64,000 nucleotides of DNA, taken from the NCBI RefSeq assembly GCF_035084215.1, contig NC_090370.1:16988001-17052000 (forward strand), in the 5' to 3' direction. This document shows positions 12,066-26,849 of the stretch, in pieces (the first letter of the stretch is position 1; each line of letters starts with the position of its first letter). The notes below the pieces were generated by a model. That model did no database searches. It saw nothing but the letters and a program-made list of their open reading frames with translations, and had not been told where the DNA came from. Both the position numbers and the translations under genes were made by a program. Source of the stretch: Heptranchias perlo (Eukaryota).

Positions 12066-15053
12066 ATGAGGGAGTGATTTCAATGGCAGTATCAGGGTAA
12101 TTACAGGAACTGTATCAATGCCGATATTGGGGTGAGTATTGGAGCTGTATCAAAGGCAGTGTTGGGGTAATTATTGGAGCTGCATCAATGAGAGTGATGG
12201 GGTAATTATTGGAACTGTATCAAAGGCGGTGTTGGGGTAATTATTGGAGCTGTAACAAGAGCAGTGTTGGGGTAATTATTGGAGCTGTATCAATGGCAGT
12301 GTTGGGGTAATTATTGGAGCTGTATCAAAGGCAGTGATGGGGGAATTATTGGAGCAGTATCAATGGCAGTGTTGTGGTAATTATTGGAACAGTATCAAAG
12401 GCAGTGATGGGGGAATTATTGGAGCTGTATCAATGGCAGTGTTGTGGTAATTATTGGAGCTGTATCAAGAGCAGTGTTGGGGTAATTATTGGAGCTGTAT
12501 CAAGAGCAGTGTTGGGGTAATTATTGGAGCTGTACCAATGGCAGTATTGGGGTAATTATTGGAGATGCATCAAGAGCAGTGTTGTGGTAATTATTGGAGG
12601 TATATCAAGAGCAGTGTTAGGGTAATTATTGGCGATGTATCAATGGCAGTTTTGGGGTAATCATTGGCGCTGTATCAATGGCAGTGTTGAGGTAATTATT
12701 AGAGCTGTATCAATGGCAGTGTTGTGGTAATTATTGGAGCTGTATCAATGGCAGTGTTGTGGTAATTATTGGAGCTGTACCAATGGCAGTGTTGTGGTAA
12801 TTATTGGAGCTGTATCAAGAGCAGTGTTGGGGTAATTATTGGAGCTGTACCAATGGCAGTATTGGGGTAATTATTGGAGATGCATCAAGAGCAGTGTTGT
12901 GGTAATTATTGGAGGTATATCAAGAGCAGTGTTAGGGTAATTATTGGCGATGTATCAATGGCAGTTTTGGGGTAATTATTGGCGCTGTATCAATGGCAGT
13001 GTTGAGGTAATTATTAGAGCTGTATCAATGGCAGTGTTGGGGTAATTATTGGAGCTGTTATCAATGGTAGTGTTGGGGTAATTATTGGCAGTGTATCAAG
13101 AGCAGGATTGGAGTAATTATTACAGCTGTATCAATGGCAGTGTTGGGGTCATTATTAGAGCTGTATGAATAGCAATGTTGAGGTAATTATTGGAGCTGTG
13201 TCAATGCCAATAACAGTAAATTACTGGAAGTACATCAATTACAGTGTCAGGGTAATTATTGGAGCTGTATCAAGAGCAGTGTTCAGGTAATTATTGGCGA
13301 AGTATCAAGAGCAGAGTTGGGTAATTATTGGAGATGTATCAAGAGCGGTGTTGGGTAATTATTGGAGTTGTATCAAGAGCAGTATTGGGGTAATTATTGG
13401 AGTTGTATCAAGAGCAGTATTGTGGTAATTATTGGAGATGTATCAAGAGCAACGTTGGAGTAATTATTGGAGCTGTATCAGTGACAGTGTTGGGGTAATT
13501 ATTGGAGCTGTATCTATGGCCATGTTGGGGTAATTATTGGAACTGTATGAATAGCAACGTTGGAGTAATTATTGGAACTGTGTCAATGCCAATAACAGGT
13601 AATTATTGGAGCTGTATCAATAGCAGTTTTGGGGTAATTATTGGAGGTGCATCAAGAGTATTGTTGGGGTAATAATTGGAGCTGTATCAAGAGCAGTGTT
13701 CGGGTAATAATTGGAGCTGTATCAAGAGCAGTGTTCGGGTAATTATTGGAGCTGTATGAAGAGCAGTGTTGGGGTAATTACTGGAGCTGTATGAAGAGCA
13801 GTGTTGGGGTAATTATTGGAGCAGTATCAATGGCAGTGTTGGGGGAACTATTGGAGCTGTATCAACGGCAATATAGGGGCAATATTTGGTACTGAGTCAA
13901 TAGCTGTGTCGGGCTAATTATCGGAAGTGCATCAATAGCTGCGTTAGGGTAATTATTGGAGCTGTATCAATGGCAGTGATGTGGTAATTACTGGAGGTGT
14001 GTCAATGGCAGTGTTGGGTAATTATTGGAGCTGTATCAATGGCAGTGTTGTGTAATTATTGGAGCTGTATCAATGGCAGTGTTGGGGTAATTATTGGAGG
14101 TGTATCAATAGCAGTGTTGTGGTAATTATTGGAGCTGTATCAATAGCAGTGTTGTGGTAATTATTAGAGCTGTATCAATGGCAGTGATGGGGTAATTATT
14201 GGTGGCGTATAATGCCAATATCGATGTAATTATTGTAGGTGTATCAATGCCAATATCGGTGTAATTTTGGAGGTGTACCAAAGGCAGCGTTGGGGAAATT
14301 ATCAGAGCTGAATCAATGGCAGCTTTGGGGAAATTATCAGAGCTGAATCAATGGCAGCGTTGGGGAAATTATCAGAGCTGTATCAATGGCAGTGTTGGGG
14401 TAATTATTGGAGGTGTATCAAGAGCAGTGTTGGGGTAATTATTGGAGGTGTATCAAGAGCAGTGATGGGGTAATTATTGGAGGTGTATCAAGAGCAGTGT
14501 TGGGGTAATTATTGGAGTTGTATCAATAGCAGTGTTGTGGTAATTATTAGAGCTGTATCAATGGCAGTGATGGGGTAATTATTGGTGGCGTATAATGCCA
14601 ATATCGGTGTAATTATTGTAGGTGTCTCAATGCCAATATCGGTGTAATTTTGGAGGTGTACCAAAGGCAGCGTTGGGGAAATTATCAGAGCTGAATCAAT
14701 GGCAGCGTTTGGGAAATTATCAGAGCTGAATCAATGGCAGCGTTGGGGAAATTATCAGAGCTGAATCAATGGCAGTGTTGGGGTAATTATTACAACTGTA
14801 TCAATGGCAGTGTTGGGGTAATTATTGGAGCTGTATCAATGGCAGTGTTGGGGTAATTACTGGAGCTGCATCAATGGCAGTGTTGGGGTAATTATTGGAG
14901 ATGCATCAAGAGCAGTGTTGTGGTAATTATTGGCGATGTATCAGTGGCAGTTTTGGGGTAATCATTGGCGCTGTATCAATGGCAGTGTTGGAGTAATTAT
15001 TACAGCTGTATCAATGGCAGTGTTGGGGGAATTATTAGAGCTGTATTAATGGC

Positions 15054-15285
15054 GTGGAGATGCCGGTGATGGACTGGGGTTGACAATTGTAAACAATTTT
15101 ACAACACCAAGTTATAGTCCAGCAATTTTATTTTAAATTCACAAGCTTTCGGAGATTTTCTCCTTCCTCAGGCAAATGTTAATGTCAAACATTTGCCTGA
15201 GGAAGGAGAAAATCTCCGAAAGCTTGTGAATTTAAAATAAAATTGCTGGACTATAACTTGGTGTTGTAAAATTGTTTACAATTGT
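15054..15285. mobile_element. Penelope-like element terminus inserted as an inverted duplication
   Basis: Perfect 98-bp arms at 15083-15180 and 15188-15285 with a 7-nt spacer; flanking duplication tgtattaatggc at 15042-15053 and 15283-15294. Confidence 0.8.
15191..15231 (+). ncRNA. Minimal type I hammerhead ribozyme motif (mirror copy on minus strand at 15137-15177)
   Basis: auuugc-CUGAGGA-a-GGAGA aaa UCUCC-GAAA-GCUU-gugaau: conserved core boxes, 5-bp stem II, wobble-rich stem I and palindromic AAGCUU in place of stem III. Confidence 0.65.
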
Positions 15286-18200
15286 ATTAATGGCAGTGTT
15301 GGGGTAATTATTAGAGCTGTATGAATAGCAATGTTGAGGTAATTATTGGAGCTGTGTCAATGCCAATAACAGTAAATTACTGGAAGTACATCAATAACAG
15401 TGTCAGGGTAATTATTGGAGCTGTATCAAGAGCAGTATTGGGGTAATTATTGGAGAAGTATCAAGAGCTGTATTGGGGTAATTATTGGAGATGTATCAAG
15501 AGCAACGTTGGAGTAATTATTGGAGCTGTATCAGTGGCAGTGTTGGGGTAATTATTGGAGCTGTATCTTTGGCAGCGTTGGGGAAATTATCAGAGCTGAA
15601 TCAATGGCAGTGTTGGGGTAATTATTACAACTGTATCAATGGCAGTGTTGAGGTAATTATTGGAGCTGTGTCAATGCCAATAACAGTAAATTACTGGAAG
15701 TACATCAATAACAGTGTCAGGGTAATTATTGGAGCTGTATCAAGAGCAGTGTTCAGGTAATTATTGGCGAAGGATCAAGAGCAGAGTTGGGTAATTATTG
15801 GAGATGTATCAAGAGCGGTGTTGGGTAATTATTGGAGTTGTATCAAGAGCAGTATTGGGGTAATTATTGGAGAAGTATCAAGAGCTGTATTGGGGTAATT
15901 ATTGGAGATGTATCAAGAGCAACGTTGGAGTAATTATTGGAGCTGTATCAGTGGCAGTGTTGGGGTAATTATTGGAGCTGTATCTATGGCCATGTTGGGG
16001 TAATTATTGGAACTGTATCTATGGCCATGTTGGGGTAATTATTGGAACTGTATGAATAGCAACGTTGGGGTAATTATTGGAACTGTGTCAATGCCAATAA
16101 CGGGTAATTATTGGAGCTGTATGAATAGCAGTTTTGGGGTAATTATTGGAGGTGCATCAAGAGCATTGTTGGGGTAATAATTGGAGCTGTATCAAGAGCA
16201 GTGTTCGGGTAATTATTGGAGCTGTATGAAGAGCAGTGTTGGGGTAATTATTGGAGCTGTATGAAGAGCATTGTTGGGGTAATAATTGGAGCTGTATGAA
16301 GAGCAGTGTTGGGGTAATTATTGGAGCTGTATCAATGGCAGTGTTGGGGGAACTATTGGAGCAGTATCAATGGCAATATAGGGGTAATATTTGGTACTGA
16401 GTCAATAGCTGTGTCGAACTAATTATCGGAAGTGCATCAATAGCTGCGTTAGGGTAATTATTGGAGCTGTATCAATGGCAGTGATGTGGTAATTACTGGA
16501 GGTGTGTCAATGGCAGTGTTGGGTAATTATTGGAGCTGTATCAATGGCAGTGTTGGGTAATTATTGGAGCTGTATCAATGGCAGTGTTGGGGTAATTATT
16601 GGAACTGTATCAATGGCAGTGTTGGGGTAATTATTGGAACTGTATCAATAGCAGTGTTGTGGTAATTATTAGAGCTGTATCAATGGCAGTGTTGGCGTAA
16701 TTATTGGTGGCGTATAATGCCAATATCGGTGTAATTATTGTAGGTGTATCAATGCCAATATCGGTGTAATTTTGGAGCTGTACCAAAGGCAGCGTTGGGG
16801 AAATTATCAGAGCTGAATCAATGGCAGCGTTGGGGTAATTATCAGAGCTGAATCAATGGCAGTGTTGGGGTAATTATTGGAGCTGAATCAATGGCAGTGT
16901 TGGGGGAATTTTTGGAGCTGTATCAATGGCAGTGTTGGGGGAATTATTGGAGCTGTGTCAATGGCAGTGTTGGGGGAATTTTTGGAGCTGCATCAATGGC
17001 AGTGTTAGGGAATTATTGGAGCTGTATCAATGACAGTGTTGGGGGAATTTTTGGAGCTGTATCAATGGCAGTGTTGGGGTAATTATTGGAGCTGAAAGAA
17101 TGGCAGTGTTGGGGGAATTTTTGGAGCTGCATCAATGGCAATGTTGGAGTAATTATGAGAGCTGAAACAAGAGCAGTGTTGGGGCAATTATTGGAGCTGT
17201 ATCAAGAGCAGTGTTGGGGTAATTATTGGAGCTGTATCAAGAGCAGTGTTGGGGTAATTATTGGAGCTGTATCAAGAGCAGTGTTGGGGGAATTATTGGA
17301 GCTGTATCAATGGCAATGATGAGGTAATTATTGGAGCTGTATCAATGGCAGTGTTCGGGGAATTATTGGAGCTGTATCAATGGCAATATAGGGGTAGTAT
17401 TTGGTACTGTATCAATAGTTGTGTCGGGCTAATTATCGGAGGTGCATCAACAGCTGCGTTAGGGTAATTACTGGAGCTTTATCAACAGTAGTGATGTGGT
17501 AATTATTGGAGGTGTGTCAATACAAATAATGGGGTAATTATTGGCAGTGTATCAAGAGCAGTGTTGGGGTAATTAGTAGAATTGTATTAATGGCAATATT
17601 GGGGTCATATTTGGTACTGTATCAATAGCTGTGTCAGGCTAATTATCGGAAGTGCAACAATAGCTGCGTTAGGGTAATTATTGGGGCAATTATTGGAGGT
17701 GTAACAATGGCAGCGTGGGGTAATTATTGGAGGTGTATCAATACAAATAACGGGGAAATTATTACAGGGGTATCAAGAGCCGGGTTGGGGTAATTATTGG
17801 AAGTGTATCAATAGCAGTGATGGGGTAATTATTGGAGCTGTATCAATAGCCGTGTTGGGGGAATTATTGGAGCTGTATCAATAGCAGTGTTGGGGGAATT
17901 ATTGGAGTTGTATTAACAGCAGTGATGGGGGAATTATTGGAGCTATATCAATAGAAGTGTTGGGGGAATTATTGGAGCTGTATCAATGGCAGTGTTGGGG
18001 GAATTATTGGAGCTGTATCAATGGCAGTGTTGGGGGAATTATTGGAGCTGTATCAATGGCAGTGTTGGGGGAATTATTGGAGCTGTATCAATGGCAGTGT
18101 TGGGGGAATTATTGGAGCTGTATCAATGGCAGTGTTGGGGTAATTATTGGAGCTGTATCAACAGCAGTGTTGGGGGAATTATTGGAGCTGTATCAATGGC

Positions 18201-21200
18201 AGTGTTGGGGTAATTATTGGAGCTGTAACAAGAGCAGTGTTGGGGGAATTATTACAGCTGTATCAATGGCAGTGATGGGGTAATTATTGGTGGCGTATAA
18301 TGCCAATATTGGTGTAATTATTGTAGGTGTATCAATGCCAATATCGGTGTAATTTTGGAGGTGTACCAAAGGCAGCGTTGGGGAAATTATCAGAGCTGAA
18401 TCAATGGCAGCGTTGGGGAAATTATCAGAGCTGAATCAATGGCAGCGTTGTGGTAATTATCAGAGCTGAATCAATGGCAGCGTTGGGGAAATTATCAGAG
18501 CTGAATCAATGGCAGCGTTGGGGAAATTATCAGAGCTGAATCAATGGCAGCGTTGGGGAAATTATCGGAGCTGAATCAATGGCAGCGTTGGGGTAATTAT
18601 CAGAGCTGAATCAATGGCAGCGTTGGGGTAATTATCAGAGCTGAATCAAGGGCAGCGTTGGGGAAATTATCAGCGCTGAATCAATGGCAGCGTTGGGGAA
18701 ATTATCAGAGCTGAATCAATGGCAGCGTTGGGGTAATTATTGGCAGTGTTTTAAGAGCAGTGTTGTGGTAATTACTGGAGCTGTATCAATGGCAGTGTTG
18801 GGGTAATTATTGGAGCTGTATCAAGAGCAGTGTTGGAGTAATTATTGGAGCTGTATCAATGGCAGTGTTGGAGTAATTATTGGAGCTGTAACAAGAGCAG
18901 TGTTGGGGGAATTATTGGAACTGTATCAATGGCAGTGTTGGGGGAATTATTGGAACTGTACCAATGGCAATGATGGGGTAATTATTGGAACTGTATCAAT
19001 GGCAGTGTTGGGGTAATTATTGGAACTGTAACAAGAGCAGTGTTGGGGGAATTATTGGAGCTGTATCAATGGCAGTGTTGGAGTAATTATTGGAGCTGTA
19101 ACAAGAGCAGTGTTGGGGGAATTATTGGAACTGTATCAATGGCAGTGTTGGGGGAATTATTGGAACTGTACCAATGGCAATGATGGGGTAATTATTGGAA
19201 CTGTATCAATGGCAATGATGGGGTAATTATTGGAACTGTATCAATGGCAATGATGGGGTAATTATTGGAACTGTATCAATGGCAGTGATGGGGTAATTAT
19301 TGGAACTGTACCAATGGCAGTGATGGGGTAATTATTGGAACTGTATCAATGGCAATGATGGGGTAATTATTGGAACTGTATCAATGGCAATGATGGGGTA
19401 ATTATTGGAACTGTATCAATGGCAATGATGGGGTAATTATTGGAACTGTACCAATGGCAGTGATGGAGTAATTATTGGAACTGTACCAATGGCAATGATG
19501 GGGTAATTATTGGAACTGTATCAATGGCTGTGATGGGGCAATTATTGGAACCGTATCAATGTCAATATCAGGGTAATTATTGGAACTGTATCAATGTCAA
19601 TATCAGGGTAATTATTGGAGGTGTATCAATGGCAATGATGGGGTAATTATTGGAACTGTACCAATGGCAATGATGGGGTAATTATTGGAACTGTACCAAT
19701 GGCAATGATGGGGTAATTATTGGAACTGTACCAATGGCAATGATGGGGTAATTATTGGAGCTGTATCAATGGCACTGATGGGGTAATTATTGGAGCTGTA
19801 TCAATGGCAGTGTTGGGGGAATTATTGGAGCTGTATCAAGAGCAGTGTTGGGGTAATTATTGGAGCTGTATCAATGGCAGTGTTGGGCTAATTATTGGAG
19901 GTGTATCAAGAGCAGTGTTGGGGGAATTATTGGAGCTGTATCAAGAGCAGTGTTGGGGTAATTATTGGAGCTGTATCAAGAGCAGTGTTGGGGTAATTAG
20001 TAGAATTGTATTAATGGCAATATTGGGGTCATATTTGGTACTGTATCAATAGCTGTGTCAGGCTAATTATCGGAGGTGCAACAATAGCTGCGTTAGGGTA
20101 ATTATTGGGGCAATTATTGGAGGTGTAACAATACAAATAACGGGGAAATTATTACAGAGGTATCAAGAGCCGGGTTGGGGTAATTATTGGAGCTGTATCA
20201 ACAGCAGTGATGGGGGAATTATTGGAGCTGTATCAATAGCAGTGTTGCGGGAATTATTGGAGTTCTATTAACAGCAGTGATGGGGGAATTATTGGAGCTA
20301 TATCAATAGCAGTGTTGGGGGAATTATTGGAGCTGTATCAATGGCAGTGTTGGGGTAATTATTGGAGCTGTATCAATGGCAGTGTTGGGGTAATTATTGG
20401 AGCTGTATCAATGGCAGTGTTGGGCTAATTATTGGAGGTGTATCAAGAGCAGTGTTGGGGGAATTATTGGAACTGTATCAATGGCAGTGTTGGGGTAATT
20501 ATTAGAGCTGTATCAATGGCAGTGATGGGGTAATTATTGGTGGCGTATAATGCCAATATCGGTGTAATTATTGTCGGTGTATCAATGCCGATATCGGTGT
20601 AATTTTGGAGGTGTACCAAAGGCAGCGTTGGGGAAATTATCAGAGCTGAATCAATGGCAGCGTTGGGGAAATAATCAGAGCTGAATCAATGGCAGCTTGG
20701 GGAAATTATCAGAGCTGAATCAATGGCAGCGTTGGGGAAATAATCAGAGCTGAATCAAGGGCAGCGTTGGGGTAATTATCAGAGCTGAATCAATGGCAGC
20801 GTTGGGGAAATTATCAGAGCTGAATCAAGGGCAGCGTTGGGGTAATTATCAGAGCTGAATCAATGGCAGCGTTGGGGAAATTATCAGAGCTGAATCAATG
20901 GCAGCGTTGGGGTAATTATTGGCAGTGTATCAAGAGCAGTGTTGTGGTAATTACTGGAGCTGTATCAATGGCAGTGTTGGGATAATTATTGGAGCAGTAT
21001 CAATGGCAATGTTGGAGTAATTATTGGAGCTGTATCAAGAGCAGTGTTGGGGTAATTATTGGAGCTGCATCAATGGCAGTGTTGGAGTAATTATTGGAGC
21101 TGTAACAAGAGCAGTGTTGGGGGAATTATTGGAACTGTATCAATGGCAATGATGGGGTAATTATTGGAACTGTACCAATGGCAATGATGGGGTAATTATT

Positions 21201-24200
21201 GGAACTGTATCAATGGCAGTGATGGGGTAATTATTGGAACTGTATCAATGGCAATGATGGGGTAATTATTGGAACTGTATCAATGGCAGTGATGGGGTAA
21301 TTATTGGAACTGTACCAATGGCAGTGATGGGGTAATTATTGGAACTGTATCAATGGCAATGATGGGGTAATTATTGGAACTGTATCAATGGCAATGATGG
21401 GGTAATTATTGGAACTGTACCAACGGCAATGATGGGGTAATTATTGGAACTGTACCAATGGCAGTGATGGGGTAATTATTGGAACTGTATCAATGGCAAT
21501 GATGGGGTAATTATTGGAACTGTACCAATGGCAGTGATGGGGTAATTATTGGAACTGTATCAATGGCAATGATGGGGTAATTATTGGAACTGTATCAATG
21601 GCAATGATGGGGTAATTATTGGAACTGTACCAATGGCAGTGATGGGGTAATTATTGGAACTGTATCAATGGCAATGATGGGGTAATTATTGGAACTGTAT
21701 CAATGGCAATGATGGGGTAATTATTGGAACTGTACCAACGGCAATGATGGGGTAATTATTGGAACTGTACCAATGGCAATGATGGGGTAATTATTGGAAC
21801 TGTATCAATGGCAATGATGGGGTAATTATTGGAACTGTATCAATGGCAATGATGGGGTAATTATTGGAACTGTACCAATGGCAGTGATGGGGTAATTATT
21901 GGAACTGTACCAATGGCAATGATGGGGTAATTATTGGAACAGTATCAATGGCTGTGATGGGGCAATTATTGGAACTGTATCAATGTCAATATCAGGGTAA
22001 TTATTGGAGGTGTATCAATGGCAATGATGGGGTCATTATTGGAACTGTACCAATGGCAATGATGGGGTAATTATTGGAACTGTACAAATGGCAATGATGG
22101 GGTAATTATTGGAACTGTATCAATGGCAATGATGGGGTAATTATTGGAACTGTATCAATGGCAATGATGGGGTAATTATTGGAACTGTACCAACGGCAAT
22201 GATGGGGTAATTATTGGAACTGTACCAATGGCAGTGATGGGGTAATTATTGGAACTGTATCAATGGCAATGATGGGGTAATTATTGGAACTGTACCAATG
22301 GCAGTGATGGGGTAATTATTGGAACTGTATCAATGGCAATGATGGGGTAATTATTGGAACTGTATCAATGGCAATGATGGGGTAATTATTGGAACTGTAC
22401 CAATGGCAGTGATGGGGTAATTATTGGAACTGTATCAATGGCAATGATGGGGTAATTATTGGAACTGTATCAATGGCAATGATGGGGTAATTATTGGAAC
22501 TGTACCAACGGCAATGATGGGGTAATTATTGGAACTGTACCAATGGCAATGATGGGGTAATTATTGGAACTGTATCAATGGCAATGATGGGGTAATTATT
22601 GGAACTGTATCAATGGCAATGATGGGGTAATTATTGGAACTGTACCAATGGCAGTGATGGGGTAATTATTGGAACTGTACCAATGGCAATGATGGGGTAA
22701 TTATTGGAACAGTATCAATGGCTGTGATGGGGCAATTATTGGAACTGTATCAATGTCAATATCAGGGTAATTATTGGAGGTGTATCAATGGCAATGATGG
22801 GGTCATTATTGGAACTGTACCAATGGCAATGATGGGGTCATTATTGGAACTGTACCAATGGCAATGATGGGGTAATTATTGGAACTGTACAAATGGCAAT
22901 GATGGGGTAATTATTGGAACTGTATCAATGGCAATGATGGGGTAATTATTGGAACTGTATCAATGGCAATGATGGGGTAATTATTGGAGCTGTATCAATG
23001 GCACTGCTGGGGTAATTATTGGAGCTGTATCAATGGCAGTGTTGGGGGAATTATTGGAGCTGTATCAATGGCAATATAGGGGTAGTATTTGGTACTGAGT
23101 CAATAGTTGTGTCGGGCTAATTATCGGAGGTGCATCAATAGCTGCGTTGGGGTAATTATTGGAGCTTTATCAATAGCAGTGATGTGGTAATTATTGGAGG
23201 TGTGTCAATACAAATAATGGGGTAATTATTAGCAGTGTATCAAGAGCAGTGTTGGGGTAATTAGTAGAATTGTATTAATGGCAATATTGGGGTCATATTT
23301 GGTACTGTATCAATAGCTGTGTCAGGCTAATTATCGGAGGTGCAACAATAGCTGCGTTAGGGTAATTATTGGGGCAATTATTGGAGGTGTAACAATGGCA
23401 GCGTGGGGTAATTATTGGAGGTGTATCAATACAAATAACGGGGAAATTATTACAGAGGTATCAAGAGCCGGGTTGGGGTAATTATTGGAAGTGTATCAAT
23501 AGCAGTGATGGGGTAATTATTGGAGCTGTATCAATAGCAGTGTTGCGGGAATTATTGGAGGTGTATTAACAGCAGTGATGGGGGAATTATTGGAGCTATA
23601 TCAATAGCAGTGTTGGGGGAATTATTGGAGCTGTATCAATGGCAGTGTTGGGGGAATTATTGGAGCTGTATCAATGGCAGTGTTGGGGTAATTATTGGAG
23701 CTGTCTCAATGGCAGTGTTGGGCTAATTATTGGAGGTGTATCAAGAGCACTGTTGGGGGAATTATTGGAACTGTATCAATGGCAGTGATGGGGGAATTAT
23801 TAGAGCTGTATCAATGGCAGTAATGGGGTAATTATTGGTGGCGTATAATGCCAATATCGGTGTAATTATTGTCGGTGTATCAATGCCGATATCGGTGTAA
23901 TTTTGGAGGTGTACCAAAGGCAGCGTTGGGGAAATTATCAGAGCTGAATCAATGGCAGCGTTGGGGAAATTATCAGAGCTGAATCAATGGCAGTGTTGGG
24001 GTAATTATTGGAGCAGTATCAATGGCAGTGGTGGGGTAATTATTGGAGCTGTATCAATGGCAGTGTTGGGGTAATTATTGGAGCTGTATCAATGGCAATG
24101 TTGGAGTAATTATTGGAGCTGTAACAAGAGCAGTGTTGGGGTAATTATTGGAACTGTATCAATGGCAGTGTTTGGGTAATTATTGAGCTGTAACAAGAGC

Positions 24201-26733
24201 AGTGTTGGGGCAATTATTGGAGCTGTATCAATGGCAGTGTTGGGGTAATTATTGAGCTGTAACAAGAGCAGTGTTGGGGGAATTATTGGAGCTGTATCAA
24301 TGGCAGTGTTGGGGTAATTATTGGAACTGTAACAAGAGCAGTGTTGGGGTAATTATTGGAACTGTATCAACGGCAATGATGGGGTAATTATTGGAACTGT
24401 ACCAATGGCAGTGATGGGGTAATTATTGGAACTGTACCAATGGCAGTGATGGGGTAATTATTGGAACTGTACCAATGGCAATGATGGGGTAATTATTGGA
24501 ACTGTACCAATGGCAATGATGGGGTAATTATTGGAACTGTATCAACGGCAATGATGGGGTAATTATTGGAACTGTACCAATGGCAATGATGGGGTAATTA
24601 TTGGAACTGTACCAATGGCAATGATGGGGTAATTATTGGAACTGTATCAATGGCAATGATGGGGTAATTATTAGAACTGTATCAATGGCAATGAAGGGGT
24701 AATTATTGGAACTGTATCAATGGCAGTGATGGGGTAATTATTGGAAATGTACCAATGGCAGTGATGGGGTAATTATTGGAACTGTATCAATGGCAGTGAT
24801 GGGGTAATTATTGGAACTGTACCAATGGCAGTGATGGGGTGATTATTGGAACTGTACCAATGGCAATGATGGGGTAATTATTGGAACTGTACCAATGGCA
24901 ATGATGGGGTAATTATTGGAACTGTACCAATGGCAATGATGGGGTAATTATTGGAACTGTACCAATGGCAATGATGGGGTAATTATTGGAACTGTATCAA
25001 CGGCAATGATGGGGTAATTATTGGAACTGTACCAATGGCAATGATGGGGTAATTATTGGAACTGTATCAACGGCAATGATGGGGATATTATTGGAACTGT
25101 ACCAATGGCAATGATGGGGTAATTATTGGAACTGTACCAAATGGCAATGATGGGGTAATTATTGGAACTGTACCAATGGCAATGATGGGGTAATTATTGG
25201 AACTGTATCAATGGCTGTGATGGGGCAATTATTGGAACTGTATCAATGTCAATATCAGGGTAATTATTGGAACTGTATCAATGTCAATATCAGAGTAATT
25301 ATTGGAGGTGTATCAATGGCAATGATGGGGTAATTATTGGAACTGTACCAATGGCAATGATGGGGTAATTATTGGAACTGTATCAATGGCAATGATGGGG
25401 TAATTATTGGAACTGTACCAATGGCAATGATGGGGTAATTATTGGAACTGTACCAATGGCAATGATGGGGTAATTATTGGAACTGTATCAATGGCAATGA
25501 TGGGGTAATTATTAGAACTGTATCAATGGCAATGAAGGGGTAATTATTGGAACTGTATCAATGGCAGTGATGGGGTAATTATTGGAACTGTACCAATGGC
25601 AGTGATGGGGTAATTATTGGAACTGTATCAATGGCAGTGATGGGGTAATTATTGGAACTGTACCAATGGCAGTGATGGGGTGATTATTGGAACTGTACCA
25701 ATGGCAATGATGGGGTAATTATTGGAACTGTACCAATGGCAATGATGGGGTAATTATTGGAACTGTACCAATGGCAATGATGGGGTAATTATTGGAACTG
25801 TACCAATGGCAATGATGGGGTAATTATTGGAACTGTATCAACGGCAATGATGGGGTAATTATTGGAACTGTACCAATGGCAATGATGGGGTAATTATTGG
25901 AACTGTATCAACGGCAATGATGGGGATATTATTGGAACTGTACCAATGGCAATGATGGGGTAATTATTGGAACTGTACCAAATGGCAATGATGGGGTAAT
26001 TATTGGAACTGTACCAATGGCAATGATGGGGTAATTATTGGAACTGTATCAATGGCTGTGATGGGGCAATTATTGGAACTGTATCAATGTCAATATCAGG
26101 GTAATTATTGGAACTGTATCAATGTCAATATCAGAGTAATTATTGGAGGTGTATCAATGGCAATGATGGGGTAATTATTGGAACTGTACCAATGGCAATG
26201 ATGGGGTAATTATTGGAACTGTATCAATGGCAATGATGGGGTAATTATTGGAACTGTACCAATGGCAATGATGGGGTAATTATTGGAACTGTACCAATGG
26301 CAATGATGGGGTAATTATTGGAACTGTATCAATGGCAATGATGGGGTAATTATTGGAACTGTACCAATGGCAATGATGGGGTAATTATTGGAACTGTATC
26401 AATGGCTGTGATGGGGCAATTGTTGGAACTGTATCAATGGCAATGATGGGGTAATTATTGGAACTGTACCAATGGCAATGATGGGGTAATTATTGGAACT
26501 GTACCAATGGCAATGATGGGGTAATTATTGGAACTGTATCAATGGCTGTGATGGGGCAATTGTTGGAACTGTATCAATGGCAATGATGGGGTAATTATTG
26601 GAACTGTACCAATGGCAATGATGGGGTAATTATTGGAACTGTATCAATGGCTGTGATGGGGCAATTGTTGGAACTGTATTAATGCGAATATCAGGGTAAT
26701 TATTGGAGGTGTATGAATACCAATATCAGGGTA

Positions 26734-26849
26734 TGATGTGGAGATGCCGGTGATGGACTGGGGTGGACAAATGTAAGGAGTCTTACAACACCAGGTTGTA
26801 GTCCAACAGCTTTATTTGGAATCACAAGCTTTCGGAGCTTTCCTCCTAA
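26734..26849 (-). mobile_element. Second Penelope-like 3' terminal fragment, truncated within the hammerhead
   Basis: tgatgtggagatgccggtgatggactgggg...ttacaacacc...tagtcca...tcacaagctttcggag is homologous to 15054-15160 but clearly diverged. Confidence 0.8.
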
